A DNA stretch of 64,000 nt from a virus (taxonomy: Duplodnaviria > Caudoviricetes). Below the pieces are notes generated by a model. That model saw only the letters and a list, made by a program, of their open reading frames with translations, searched no databases and was not told the origin of the DNA. Shown here piece after piece: positions 1-8,912 of this stretch (the stretch's first letter is position 1; each line of letters opens with the position of its first letter). The stretch is taken from positions 128,001 to 192,000 of IMG/VR virus record IMGVR_UViG_3300048598_000287, one strand, 5' to 3'. A program made the translations under genes and the position numbers.

Positions 1-1
1 T

Positions 2-499
2 CTTCGTCAGAAGCCTTATTATCGTATCTAGTTTATCGGATATATCAGATGGAATTCTCTCAATAGGGGTTTCCTGAGTGCTTTCCTCCCGGTCGGATTC
101 ATTGAAATTTCCTGCCTTCTTCATGTCATATATAGTTTTTCTGACCAGATTTTCAAATCCTTTAAGAGCCGTCTCAAATGACACATTCATTGCCGATATT
201 GTCTTTCCTGATATTGTGTATTCCGCAGATATGGGCTTTCCGAGATATATCTTACGTGTTTCCGCATATAGATGGCAATCGGATATCATAGGGCATATGT
301 CATACGCATCGTCCATAGTTTCTGAAATTCCCCCGACCAAGCATTCTATTTTCAAAATCCAGTTGATATATGGAAATTTCATGACCGCCGATCCCGTATG
401 TCCATCTATCATTTTTACATCGACATCAGAAACGTCAATGTTCACACAGTAAGAAAAGAACTGGATTATCTTAGCTTTACATTTTTCTAGCGTTTCCAT
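2..499 (-). CDS. Hypothetical protein, 3'-truncated by the window edge (METLEKCKAKIIQFFSYC...)
   Basis: My own translation: open frame from ATG at 499, overlapping the stop of the 487-774 gene, to the window start with no stop; not in the ORF track. Confidence 0.75.
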   Translation of the reverse strand, partial: METLEKCKAKIIQFFSYCVNIDVSDVDVKMIDGHTGSAVMKFPYINWILKIECLVGGISETMDDAYDICPMISDCHLYAETRKIYLGKPISAEYTISGKTISAMNVSFETALKGFENLVRKTIYDMKKAGNFNESDREESTQETPIERIPSDISDKLDTIIRLLTK

Positions 500-774
500 A
501 CATCATTCCTTAATTTTAGAAAAAACAATATCAATATGAAAGAACATCCGGCAGCATAGTTAAAATACAATGGAATCTGATATATTCCGAATTTAACATT
601 GGTATATATTACATATCCAGCGGAAAATACGTTTCCTATTATGGAAAGTATTAGGAAGCACATTGATATGTCTTTCGTAGATCTAGTCCTAACTGCTTTC
701 ACAACCTGAGGAAGAGAGCATATGGCAAACGATGCCGAACCTATTATACCTATTATGGAAGCGGCGCAATCCAT
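487..774 (-). CDS. PQ-loop / SemiSWEET-like small membrane protein
   Basis: 95 aa, three hydrophobic helices, motif LPQVVKAVRTRSTKDIS typical of PQ-loop/MtN3 proteins. Confidence 0.75.
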   Translation of the reverse strand: MDCAASIIGIIGSASFAICSLPQVVKAVRTRSTKDISMCFLILSIIGNVFSAGYVIYTNVKFGIYQIPLYFNYAAGCSFILILFFLKLRNDVWKR

Positions 775-781
775 AATATCC

Positions 782-1036
782 TCATAGAAACTGTCTTATA
801 TACGGGTTAGAACATATCACGGATACGGATAGTTTCTTGCTATGAAGTTTGACCGTCTGCCTATGCCGGGTTCTTTTCTTTTCCTGGGCTTTTTCCATGG
901 AGAAATTAGTGGAAGCTTCCGTATTCTTAATCATATTAGGCGAATTACTTTCATCCTGAGCAGAAAACGTATTCTGCTTGTCCTGAATAGAATCCTGTCC
1001 GTCTTCCTTTAATTCATTTTTTATTTTCTTTACCAT
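782..1036 (-). CDS. Hypothetical protein
   Basis: GAGGA SD before ATG, TATATTTT motif upstream, tight packing with neighbours. Confidence 0.6.
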   Translation of the reverse strand: MVKKIKNELKEDGQDSIQDKQNTFSAQDESNSPNMIKNTEASTNFSMEKAQEKKRTRHRQTVKLHSKKLSVSVICSNPYIRQFL

Positions 1037-1069
1037 ATGGTCCTCTATGCTTAAAATATATTTTGCAAA

Positions 1070-1870
1070 TTAATTAGACAAGTCGGTCATCATGTATGGG
1101 GGCGCTGATTCTTTCCGGAGATCTTCCATTTTTTTATCATACACCTCTTTCCATGTCGTATAAATAGTGGATCCGTTTACCGTTCCGCCGCCAGGAAGAG
1201 TGATCGTATCTTTCATCAGGATCAATCCGAGCTGCATTCCAGCCCTGGCCACCGCCATGTCCTGAAACAGCGGGTTTGCGAAAATCTCACTCTGCTTTTC
1301 TTTAAGATATACCCGAGCAATGGCATTGCGGTTGGACCTAGGAGTAGGATATATCCTCATCTTGTGCTCAACGGGGTGAAGCTTTATATTATATACGGTT
1401 CCTACGAGCTTCTTGACATCCTGCAAATACCTAAGTGCGCCTGAATACGTTATAAGATCAAACTGTCCTAGGCCTCCAAGACCGGCACCCCCGACACCCA
1501 TGAGGGATTCCCCTGGACCTACGTCCCATGCCATCATAGGAGAAAATGTATTCCCATAGCTAGGAACAAGATCAACCACAGCAAAGACGTTATCAGGAAC
1601 ACGGTATTCCACTATTCCTCGCTGAAGATGAATCACCATGTAATCATTATATGACGCTTCATCCTGATTATACCTGTAAAAATATGCCAGAGTATCATCT
1701 ATAGCCATGGCTATATGGCCTAGCCCGTTTCTATTTTCCACTTCCATCTCTATCTCAGTGGCCGGATATCCAAGACGGGCCTTTATTTTTTCCGCCATGT
1801 CATCTCTAGTCATGAACGTGCTGATTGTAGGAAGATCGAAATCTGATCTATTTTGCGATTCATTCATCAT
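1070..1870 (-). CDS. gp13: Neck / head-tail adaptor protein, T4 gp13-like
   Basis: IKARLGYPATEIE..AIDDTLAYF N-terminus and TLPGGGTVNG C-terminal motif as in gp13 homologues. Confidence 0.8.
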   Translation of the reverse strand: MMNESQNRSDFDLPTISTFMTRDDMAEKIKARLGYPATEIEMEVENRNGLGHIAMAIDDTLAYFYRYNQDEASYNDYMVIHLQRGIVEYRVPDNVFAVVDLVPSYGNTFSPMMAWDVGPGESLMGVGGAGLGGLGQFDLITYSGALRYLQDVKKLVGTVYNIKLHPVEHKMRIYPTPRSNRNAIARVYLKEKQSEIFANPLFQDMAVARAGMQLGLILMKDTITLPGGGTVNGSTIYTTWKEVYDKKMEDLRKESAPPYMMTDLSN

Positions 1871-2388
1871 GACCAGTCTCCCCCATGCGAATAAATATCC
1901 TGATCTCCGGTGTTTAACGTTATGCCAAAAAGATAATTTCCGGTCTTTTTAGATGTCACGTTTAGTCTTCCTTCTATTCCCCCACTGGGTATCTGCTTTA
2001 TAGATATTCCGAAATCATCAGTACTGTTTATCCGTTCATTGGTTACACGGTATACGGCAGGGGTATAATACATGTCCAGATTTGAAAGAATGAATTCTTT
2101 TAGTGCATCCTTACTTTCGAATTTGCGTATTCTCCCATTTATAAGTTCGTTATGAAACCAATATGTATATCTGTTAACTGTATGCGAAGCCTTTCGGTAT
2201 AGTTTCTCTATTCCACGGTAAGTAAAAAATTCATCCGGATATGCATCGATGTAATAGATGTAATTTGCCTCGCGATGATGAAAGCATTCCTCGAACAGCG
2301 CCGAAACCGCCGAAGATTGCGCTTCAGTAAGGCCAAGACGGTCTATTGAATCGTAGAAAAGAACGGCTTGTTCAAGGAATCCGGTCAT
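1867..2388 (-). CDS. Hypothetical protein carrying the shared N-terminal leader
   Basis: LFYDSIDRLGLTEAQSSAVSALFEECF; coupled to neighbours in a late operon. Confidence 0.7.
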   Translation of the reverse strand: MTGFLEQAVLFYDSIDRLGLTEAQSSAVSALFEECFHHREANYIYYIDAYPDEFFTYRGIEKLYRKASHTVNRYTYWFHNELINGRIRKFESKDALKEFILSNLDMYYTPAVYRVTNERINSTDDFGISIKQIPSGGIEGRLNVTSKKTGNYLFGITLNTGDQDIYSHGGDWS

Positions 2389-3008
2389 TAGCGGGCCTCG
2401 TCCTCGAAGAATCTGGCAAGATGATATTTTATGTTAGTAATTTCATCCAGCATGACATCTATGGAACTGTTAAGACCATACGTACGTTTATCGTCAAGCT
2501 TCTCCCTAAAATGAGTGAACTCTTCTAGATCCGAATGTATGGAAGCGGCGAAAGCATCGCGATCGGCGATGTCAACCACGCGTTTCCATAGATCCATGCT
2601 TATCTTCTCGTTGAACATGGATACATACGTTTCGGCGGTGCTGTCCCGCATTTTTCCGTATAGTTCATATGCCCGCTGGGAAAGTTCATGCAATGCCTTT
2701 GATTCTGCGTTCCAGTGATAATTCTGATATGAATTGCTCTTTGCTATAAGCAATTGCAGAACGGCTGTTATCAGCTGTTTGCAATCCGCATCATCGTTGA
2801 ATTTATCATCCGATAACTCGTCCGGATTTTTCCCTGGATTTTCTTCATGCGTTTCTTCAGAAGATTCTTCCTTGTCAGTTTCGGCAGCTACCGGCTTACC
2901 GGCAGCTTCATATATCGCTTTATGGATTTCAGAAACAGCCTGGATGGTGTTTCCATCTATACCTGCACGTTGTAATGATTCGGTAAAAATTTTATATGCG
3001 CTCTTCAT
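2388..3008 (-). CDS. Ferritin/Dps-like protein with the shared leader and an acidic linker
   Basis: YQNYHWN..LHELSQRAYE..RDSTAETY..LDEITNIKYHL pattern of phage Dps-like four-helix proteins; leader FTESLQRAGI..AVSEIHKAIYEAA. Confidence 0.7.
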   Translation of the reverse strand: MKSAYKIFTESLQRAGIDGNTIQAVSEIHKAIYEAAGKPVAAETDKEESSEETHEENPGKNPDELSDDKFNDDADCKQLITAVLQLLIAKSNSYQNYHWNAESKALHELSQRAYELYGKMRDSTAETYVSMFNEKISMDLWKRVVDIADRDAFAASIHSDLEEFTHFREKLDDKRTYGLNSSIDVMLDEITNIKYHLARFFEDEAR

Positions 3009-3034
3009 GTTATCCCTCGGATATCAACTATATC

Positions 3035-3043
3035 TAGTTTATA
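3035..3043 (-). promoter_or_regulatory. Putative late promoter TATAAACTA
   Basis: Recurrent motif about 27 nt upstream of the ATG at 3008. Confidence 0.7.
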
Positions 3044-3060
3044 TGGCGAGGGAAATGCTA

Positions 3061-3264
3061 TCAACCGTATGTCACTTCGTTCTTGGATAGTTTTTTCTTT
3101 CTAGACCGCATTTTACTATCAACATAGTTACTTAATTCCATGAAATCGGGAAAAAACATGTTGTCACAGTCCAGCATGCTGTTGGAAGTTTCTGCCGAAA
3201 TGTAAATCTTATGCTTTCTTAGGCTGCCTAAGTTGTACCGAGGAAATGAACGTAGAATACCGAA
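3061..3264 (-). CDS. +1-frame extension of the gp26-like chaperone (gp51-like), probably reached by frameshift
   Basis: 67 open codons (FGILRSFPRYNLG...NEVTYG) starting at CCC_TTT_CGG; fills the gap before the late promoter. Confidence 0.55.
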   Translation of the reverse strand, partial: FGILRSFPRYNLGSLRKHKIYISAETSNSMLDCDNMFFPDFMELSNYVDSKMRSRKKKLSKNEVTYG

Positions 3265-4471
3265 AGGGAAACGGCGTAACCGTTATACCTCCGCATTTAG
3301 GGCACGTATGTGCCACTTTAGTTACCGTTTTAAATGAACATGCAGCAAGTTCTCGCATCAGCAGAATGGAATCATCCTTAGATAGATTTGCGATGAATCG
3401 TATTCTATCGTCAAGGGTTTTGCAAGTGTCTATATCCATTACGATAGCCATGTTAAGAAGCGCTAGATATGGCTTTCCTAAAGTACCTCCACGGCTTTTT
3501 ATGACATCGCATTGTGCCTTATATGTATAATCATGTCTTCTACGACGGATATATGTTTTAAGTGTCCCGCCAGTTACTGTAATGGGATGATATCCGTATT
3601 CAGAATGAAGTTTAAGCACGTCTTCTGGATTATTATTGGTCAAGAATCTCATATTGCTGAAATCAATTTTATAATCCTTGTCTTTCACCTGGCATCCGCA
3701 TTGAGTGCAGGTGAATCCTCCCCATGTATATGGGTCTCCTGAAAAGGTCGATCCACGGAGATACTGGAGGATATACTGTTCATCCCCGGAAAGTATATCC
3801 ATTGGATCCGTTCCCCGAATTCGTCTGGAATATATCTCACTGAATGAATCCAGCTTATTATCATTATCCATGTTCTCTATAACTAGCATATCGATTAATT
3901 TAAGCGGCTGGACAGCTAACTTATCGGTATTAAATAGATTTTTTGAAGGAAGTTCATCCAAAGGAATGAAGCCTTCCCCTGCCTTTCCGGATGATGAATT
4001 ATAATCATGTATATCCAGGGGATTTGCCCCAATAACAGAGGCAATCGGATTTTTAGAAACTATCGCATCCCGGGTAGCATCGGCATTTCCTGCGGCATTC
4101 ATATATTTTTTAGCCAGCTCTTCCCCAGAAGTATAATGAATATCAGGTTTCACATATTCTGGCGGATCGCCCGATTTATTCTGATAGAACATTGCATCAT
4201 ATTGGTCAGGGGTAATCTTTTCGGATGGTTTGGCATTATCAGGGGATTGATTAAGGTCAGGATTAAACCAGCGGGGTTCTTCCTTTCCTGGCTCGATTGA
4301 AACCTTTTTTTCTATTGTAGTATTTCCATTGGATGGCATTACCGCAGGCATGTCATTTATTATATGATGCCTCTTAGGTGGTTGAATAATGACATCATCT
4401 ATTCCGGCTGCCTTGGCCTTTTTAATCTGAGCCATGGCATCCTTCACCATGTTAGCTGTATTATTAACCAT
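3209..4471 (-). CDS. Baseplate hub / tail assembly chaperone, gp26-like
   Basis: GDEQYILQYLRGSTF..CTQCG and C-terminal CPKCG..PFPFR; long low-complexity N-terminus. Confidence 0.6.
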   Translation of the reverse strand: MVNNTANMVKDAMAQIKKAKAAGIDDVIIQPPKRHHIINDMPAVMPSNGNTTIEKKVSIEPGKEEPRWFNPDLNQSPDNAKPSEKITPDQYDAMFYQNKSGDPPEYVKPDIHYTSGEELAKKYMNAAGNADATRDAIVSKNPIASVIGANPLDIHDYNSSSGKAGEGFIPLDELPSKNLFNTDKLAVQPLKLIDMLVIENMDNDNKLDSFSEIYSRRIRGTDPMDILSGDEQYILQYLRGSTFSGDPYTWGGFTCTQCGCQVKDKDYKIDFSNMRFLTNNNPEDVLKLHSEYGYHPITVTGGTLKTYIRRRRHDYTYKAQCDVIKSRGGTLGKPYLALLNMAIVMDIDTCKTLDDRIRFIANLSKDDSILLMRELAACSFKTVTKVAHTCPKCGGITVTPFPFRYSTFISSVQLRQPKKA

Positions 4472-4474
4472 TCA

Positions 4475-4738
4475 TCATCTCCCGGCATAATATGAATATA
4501 TGTATCTATTTCCTTTATATTGTCGATCGTTTTTTAATATGATAGATATCCGTTCGGTTTCATCGGAATTAAGTTTATCCGCCGACTTCTTAGCATCTTC
4601 CATAGAAAATAACGCATCACCTTCGATGGTAGGTTGCATAATGGACATATCCATCATGTTCAGGTCCTTTTCATACCATTTCATGTCATATTTTATGACA
4701 TAAAAAATATGGATACCCTTATTAGGCATTTGATTCAT
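4475..4738 (-). CDS. Hypothetical protein
   Basis: Overlaps the upstream gene end and fits operon packing. Confidence 0.55.
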   Translation of the reverse strand: MNQMPNKGIHIFYVIKYDMKWYEKDLNMMDMSIMQPTIEGDALFSMEDAKKSADKLNSDETERISIILKNDRQYKGNRYIYSYYAGR

Positions 4739-5984
4739 TTTCAGGAACGTCCGATGAGAACCGCTTCTTTATCATGTCCTTTCCTATAAGTACCGCAAAA
4801 AGTCTTGCCAGAGCTACCGCCTTGTCAGATATTTTGCCTTCTATGCAATTACGCTGGGAATTATACAATTCATTCCAGTTTACGGTGACACAATATTTCT
4901 TTACCATGTCATCTATGGCGTTATATGTAGTCTGAGGAGAAAAATCCGTTTTCGTTGCACAGCACATATGGGTCGATTCCGTAAACCATTTAGGGCTAAG
5001 GCATGCCAGCACGCAGGCCCCGGAAGCAACGGAAAGCATAGGGTCAGCGTCTCCGCTGGCAAGATCATAATAAAGACTATCAGAACTATATATTACGAAA
5101 TCATATTGTCCATCGCGTTCATCTAGATAAGTATGTGCGATATTTTTTGCACCGACGTTAGGAGAAGTATAATGCACAATATGACGTACATCGCCATTTG
5201 CCAGAAGCATCATCAGCTCATCGGGCAATTCAGATCCGGTGCATAGAGTGAACTTATATTTTTTGTGCTTTGCTATAACAAAATCGCATATATTCTTGCT
5301 TAAAACGGCACCTTTCACTAATATCTTAGGCTTGTCTAGAACTGATCCGACTGCCCTTGCCTTTATTTGAGTGTATACTGGATAGATATTGCATGGAACG
5401 GTGAACGGAACAACGACGACGTTAGAATATTGATCTTCGTTAACGAATCCGACATCCTTCAGTGCGAATTTAAGCTCTACCGAAGGCACAACTATGGTGT
5501 CTGCTAAAAGAAGAAGATCTTCTACGGAATAACATTCATATATAGACTTTGAACGACCGCCTATGCCTTCCCAGATAAGCTCATCAAGAATATAAATTAC
5601 TCGTAAGTTTATCTTACGGATGGAATCATTCCCGGAAAGATCGTTGCCATCTATTTTCTCGGATCCTATCGTATTATTGAAACTTCCGAGCTTCATTTTC
5701 TGCACGATATCGAACACTTCAGGATTCTTGATATTATCCAATACCACCACAGTTTCCCTGGTAGTGACAAGCTTAGAATATATATCTATGAACATTGATG
5801 AGCTAAGAGATATATAGTTGAATTTGCACAATGCGTCATAAAAGGGGCATATACGGGAAAAGTCTTCGTTGAACCGGCCACCGAAAAATCTAGAATCGCC
5901 ATCATTGACATGAATCACATCGATTTCGGCCTTAATCTTGATTTTTTCAGCTATAATCTTTTCACACAAATCAGTTGCCTTCAT
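4722..5984 (-). CDS. Hypothetical protein, possibly a divergent GT-B glycosyltransferase
   Basis: VIYILDELIW and ADTIVVPSVELK resemble phage GT4-like motifs; weak similarity. Confidence 0.35.
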   Translation of the reverse strand: MKATDLCEKIIAEKIKIKAEIDVIHVNDGDSRFFGGRFNEDFSRICPFYDALCKFNYISLSSSMFIDIYSKLVTTRETVVVLDNIKNPEVFDIVQKMKLGSFNNTIGSEKIDGNDLSGNDSIRKINLRVIYILDELIWEGIGGRSKSIYECYSVEDLLLLADTIVVPSVELKFALKDVGFVNEDQYSNVVVVPFTVPCNIYPVYTQIKARAVGSVLDKPKILVKGAVLSKNICDFVIAKHKKYKFTLCTGSELPDELMMLLANGDVRHIVHYTSPNVGAKNIAHTYLDERDGQYDFVIYSSDSLYYDLASGDADPMLSVASGACVLACLSPKWFTESTHMCCATKTDFSPQTTYNAIDDMVKKYCVTVNWNELYNSQRNCIEGKISDKAVALARLFAVLIGKDMIKKRFSSDVPENESNA

Positions 5985-6034
5985 ATTATCCTTCGGTTGC
6001 GTTAAATATGTTTACTTTTCTAAAATATATTTTT

Positions 6035-7180
6035 TCACGATGCGTCATAATCCATAATCATAGAAATTATTGATTTTTTTACTTCAATTCCCTCTATAAT
6101 GGGGGGAGGGGTCTCTGCATTTTCCATGAACTTTTCAGCCACCTCTAGTTGAGTCATTCTAGTTATCTTTTCCGCTTCGGTATTGTCCGATGGAATTGTA
6201 ACGGTATCCTCTGCAGATGCTTTAATGATTGATCCATATGGCACCGTCCGTACGAAAAGAGGGGCTTTATCGTTCAATTTAGCCCGGAGAACCGCGGAAT
6301 CTTCAGCGGTCTTCGTGCTGTCACAGAAATATCTTACAATGGTGTTTTCCAATTGAGGAAGCGCATCAAGATCATCATAATCATTGACATCGATGAACCG
6401 TTCGCCAATAGTGTTTTCTATAAATTCATATGACATATCCTGGTTGAATATGTAAAATCCCGGGGCGTTTCCCATATGCGCGGCGGACATCTGGTATGGA
6501 GTTCCTAGATACAATATCTTGCTACTTCCAATTTTAGTTATAGATTTACAATGATAATGCCCGCTTATGACATATCCGCAGCATTCGGCAATTTCTGCCG
6601 GATCGAATCCTTCTTTAGATATATTGCTGCCTTCCATATTCATTCCCATGATGTCGAAATGACCAAAGAATACATTTTTATCCGCATCCGCTTTATTTTT
6701 AGCGGACGCCTTCATCATAGCCATAGCAGTCTTTTTGGTTTCCTCGGTTCCTAACCAAGGAAATAAAATCCATTTCCATCCATCGAACACCGGATATTCC
6801 ATGGGGGACATCACTACAGTTACGTTAGGAATGAAGTTTAGCATTTCTATCCCGCATACCGAATCATTATTCTCATATAGCATATCATGATTTCCGGGGA
6901 TAATGACTATGGTGAAGTCTTTCATCTTGTTAGAAAACATTTGAATAGCATAATGAATATCTTCCACGGATAGAGATTGCCGGTTATCAAAGATATCCCC
7001 GGCAAATAGAACGGTATGTATGTTTCTCCGTTTTAGTTCAGCGATGGCAAAGTCAAAGAACCGGTCACGCATCGTATTATGATGGGCAGTAACTATTCCA
7101 TTATGGTAAAGCGTATAGCCAAGATGAATGTCGCCGAATACGCCTATCTTATTTTCAGTTGCCAAATTCTGTTGTATCAT
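6035..7180 (-). CDS. gp47: Recombination endonuclease subunit (Mre11/SbcD-like)
   Basis: GDIHLG, AGDIFDNR, GNHD, FGHF and SGHYH phosphoesterase motifs, plus YLGTPYQ. Confidence 0.9.
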   Translation of the reverse strand: MIQQNLATENKIGVFGDIHLGYTLYHNGIVTAHHNTMRDRFFDFAIAELKRRNIHTVLFAGDIFDNRQSLSVEDIHYAIQMFSNKMKDFTIVIIPGNHDMLYENNDSVCGIEMLNFIPNVTVVMSPMEYPVFDGWKWILFPWLGTEETKKTAMAMMKASAKNKADADKNVFFGHFDIMGMNMEGSNISKEGFDPAEIAECCGYVISGHYHCKSITKIGSSKILYLGTPYQMSAAHMGNAPGFYIFNQDMSYEFIENTIGERFIDVNDYDDLDALPQLENTIVRYFCDSTKTAEDSAVLRAKLNDKAPLFVRTVPYGSIIKASAEDTVTIPSDNTEAEKITRMTQLEVAEKFMENAETPPPIIEGIEVKKSIISMIMDYDAS

Positions 7181-7856
7181 GTCCGAGTTCCTTTTGATGT
7201 TGTTTGCTATCTTCTTCGGTAAAAAACGATATGAGCCGGTTCATTTCATCCGGGGTTTCCTCTATTATTCCATCTTCGGATAGAGCCTTCTTTTCATTAG
7301 CATCTTTCTGTATGGTTATGGCGCGGAGTTCTTCTTCCTGGCGAATCTTTATGGTAAGCTGGAATAGCTTGTCCAAGGTCCCAGTTACACTGGATATCAT
7401 AGATGCAACCGATGCCCACATTTTATCACTGATATCCACGGTAGGGTTTATCTGAACCTGCAGCTTATCAAGGAATGCCTTCGCTATATCATATAATTGA
7501 TGCGCCTGCTCCCGAATTTTCATTCTATCCATGTCAAGCATTTCCGGAGTTATCGGCCCGGATGATCCCGATAAGCTGTCCTGCAATTTTATCTGGGAAT
7601 GCCCGGCCTCCAACATCTGGGCATTTACTTTTATCCGGTTAACCATCTGCCGGCTTTCTTCCAGTCCTTCCTTGGTGGATCCCAGTGGAAGCTTAAGTTT
7701 TTCTTCCAATGCGGAGAAGACGTCTTTCTTGGGATCGTCATGCGGTGGGTATGCTTCTTTTTTATGAATATTCTTCTTATCATCACCGGAAGATGCATCC
7801 GAATCATCTGTCCATGGCATTTTCTGGTCCCATGGATTAAACGGCTGTTCACTCAT
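7155..7856 (-). CDS. Possible terminase small subunit (gp16-like)
   Basis: Two-helix core DRMKIREQAHQLYD..VASMISSVTGTLDKLFQL and terminal TPDEMNRLI resemble gp16 architecture; about 1 kb from terL. Confidence 0.4.
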   Translation of the reverse strand: MSEQPFNPWDQKMPWTDDSDASSGDDKKNIHKKEAYPPHDDPKKDVFSALEEKLKLPLGSTKEGLEESRQMVNRIKVNAQMLEAGHSQIKLQDSLSGSSGPITPEMLDMDRMKIREQAHQLYDIAKAFLDKLQVQINPTVDISDKMWASVASMISSVTGTLDKLFQLTIKIRQEEELRAITIQKDANEKKALSEDGIIEETPDEMNRLISFFTEEDSKQHQKELGHDTTEFGN

Positions 7857-8329
7857 ATCAATCCCCTCTTGCCGGCTTCAATAGCAATTGTGTGCAGCTG
7901 GATTATTGTATCTATGTTTTTAGGATAATATCTTACCTGTTCGGCGAATGCCTTCAAATTCTCGATGTAATGTTTTTGTTTATTCAATGCGGTTTTCTGG
8001 GCGCTTATGCTGGATTCTCCATCAAGCATTAGATCAACTGAATCTTTGGTCTTTTCATATTTCAACCTCTGATTCATCATGGCATCAAATTTTTCCGCCC
8101 TTGCTTCCTTATATTTTCCTTCCATTTCATCATATTTAAGCTGTTCCTGAAAAACAAGCCCATTGGCCTCTATAAGGGCGTCGCCTATGTTATATGTGGC
8201 ATTATGTATCATTTTTTCGATGTCAAATTTTCCGCTATCATCTTTCGTCTCAAGTTTGGATTTCATCCATCGGCTAAGCTTCTTCACCGTGTCATTGTCT
8301 ATGAATTGTGGGAGATCACTCTGAACCAT
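7853..8329 (-). CDS. uvsY: Recombination mediator UvsY-like
   Basis: KTKDSVDLMLDGE..YIENLK..VRYYPKNIDTII..EAG helical pattern. Confidence 0.6.
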   Translation of the reverse strand: MVQSDLPQFIDNDTVKKLSRWMKSKLETKDDSGKFDIEKMIHNATYNIGDALIEANGLVFQEQLKYDEMEGKYKEARAEKFDAMMNQRLKYEKTKDSVDLMLDGESSISAQKTALNKQKHYIENLKAFAEQVRYYPKNIDTIIQLHTIAIEAGKRGLI

Positions 8330-8404
8330 TATTCCTCGCGCATTGATTCCGATTATAAAATATACTTATTTAAGGCAGAAAAAGCAAGCGCTTGCGTTAA
8401 TTAA

Positions 8405-8830
8405 TCATTTGACTGCCTGGCCAAGTCTATCGGTCATATCCCCTCCCCGACGCCGGTCAAATATTATCTGAGAATCATTAAACCCGTTCGTATATGTGTA
8501 TGATGATATTGCGACTGCGCATGCCGCTCCGTAAAACTGGTAGAATTCATCCGAGGAAGAAAATTTGCTCACCATCGTTTTGCCATAACGGTCAAAATAT
8601 GCCTGAAATTCATCTTTGGTTAGCGGTTGGCCATTGATTATTATTTTCTTTCCGGTATACATCAAAGTGCAGAAAATAGACATCAGCACAGACATGTCGC
8701 GGATGACTGATTGATTCACAGAAGGAAATGCCCTTGATAGGATAATGGTAAGCACATTTACCTTTTCCTTTCCAACCGCAGCCTCGCCTTCTGTATATAT
8801 GGAATTAAGCGCCTTATCATCTGTATGCAT
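8405..8830 (-). CDS. Hypothetical late protein
   Basis: Preceded by TATAAACTC at 8853-8861. Confidence 0.65.
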   Translation of the reverse strand: MHTDDKALNSIYTEGEAAVGKEKVNVLTIILSRAFPSVNQSVIRDMSVLMSIFCTLMYTGKKIIINGQPLTKDEFQAYFDRYGKTMVSKFSSSDEFYQFYGAACAVAISSYTYTNGFNDSQIIFDRRRGGDMTDRLGQAVK

Positions 8831-8860
8831 ATTACTATCCAGTAGTTTAATAGAGTTTAT

Positions 8861-8912
8861 ATAAGATTTGCGGAAGAAACCATCTGAACTTTAGCCAGGA
8901 AATGGGAATCCA
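8861..8912 (+). mobile_element. Degenerate IS200/IS605-like left-end remnant
   Basis: TTTAT then ATAAGATTTGCGGAAGAAA, an imperfect hairpin with a CTTTAG loop, then GAATCC; same start as copies at 22621, 42444, 45154 and 47671. Confidence 0.5.

Noticed and set aside
28-36. ATAAACTAG on the minus strand as a late promoter
   Set aside because: It lacks the leading T (reads GATAAACTAG) and lies inside the 2-499 coding frame; no downstream start is visible in the window.
78-452. Plus-strand 124-aa ORF and the many other short antisense ORFs in the track
   Set aside because: They are shadows of longer, motif-bearing genes on the opposite strand and lack their own SD or promoter.
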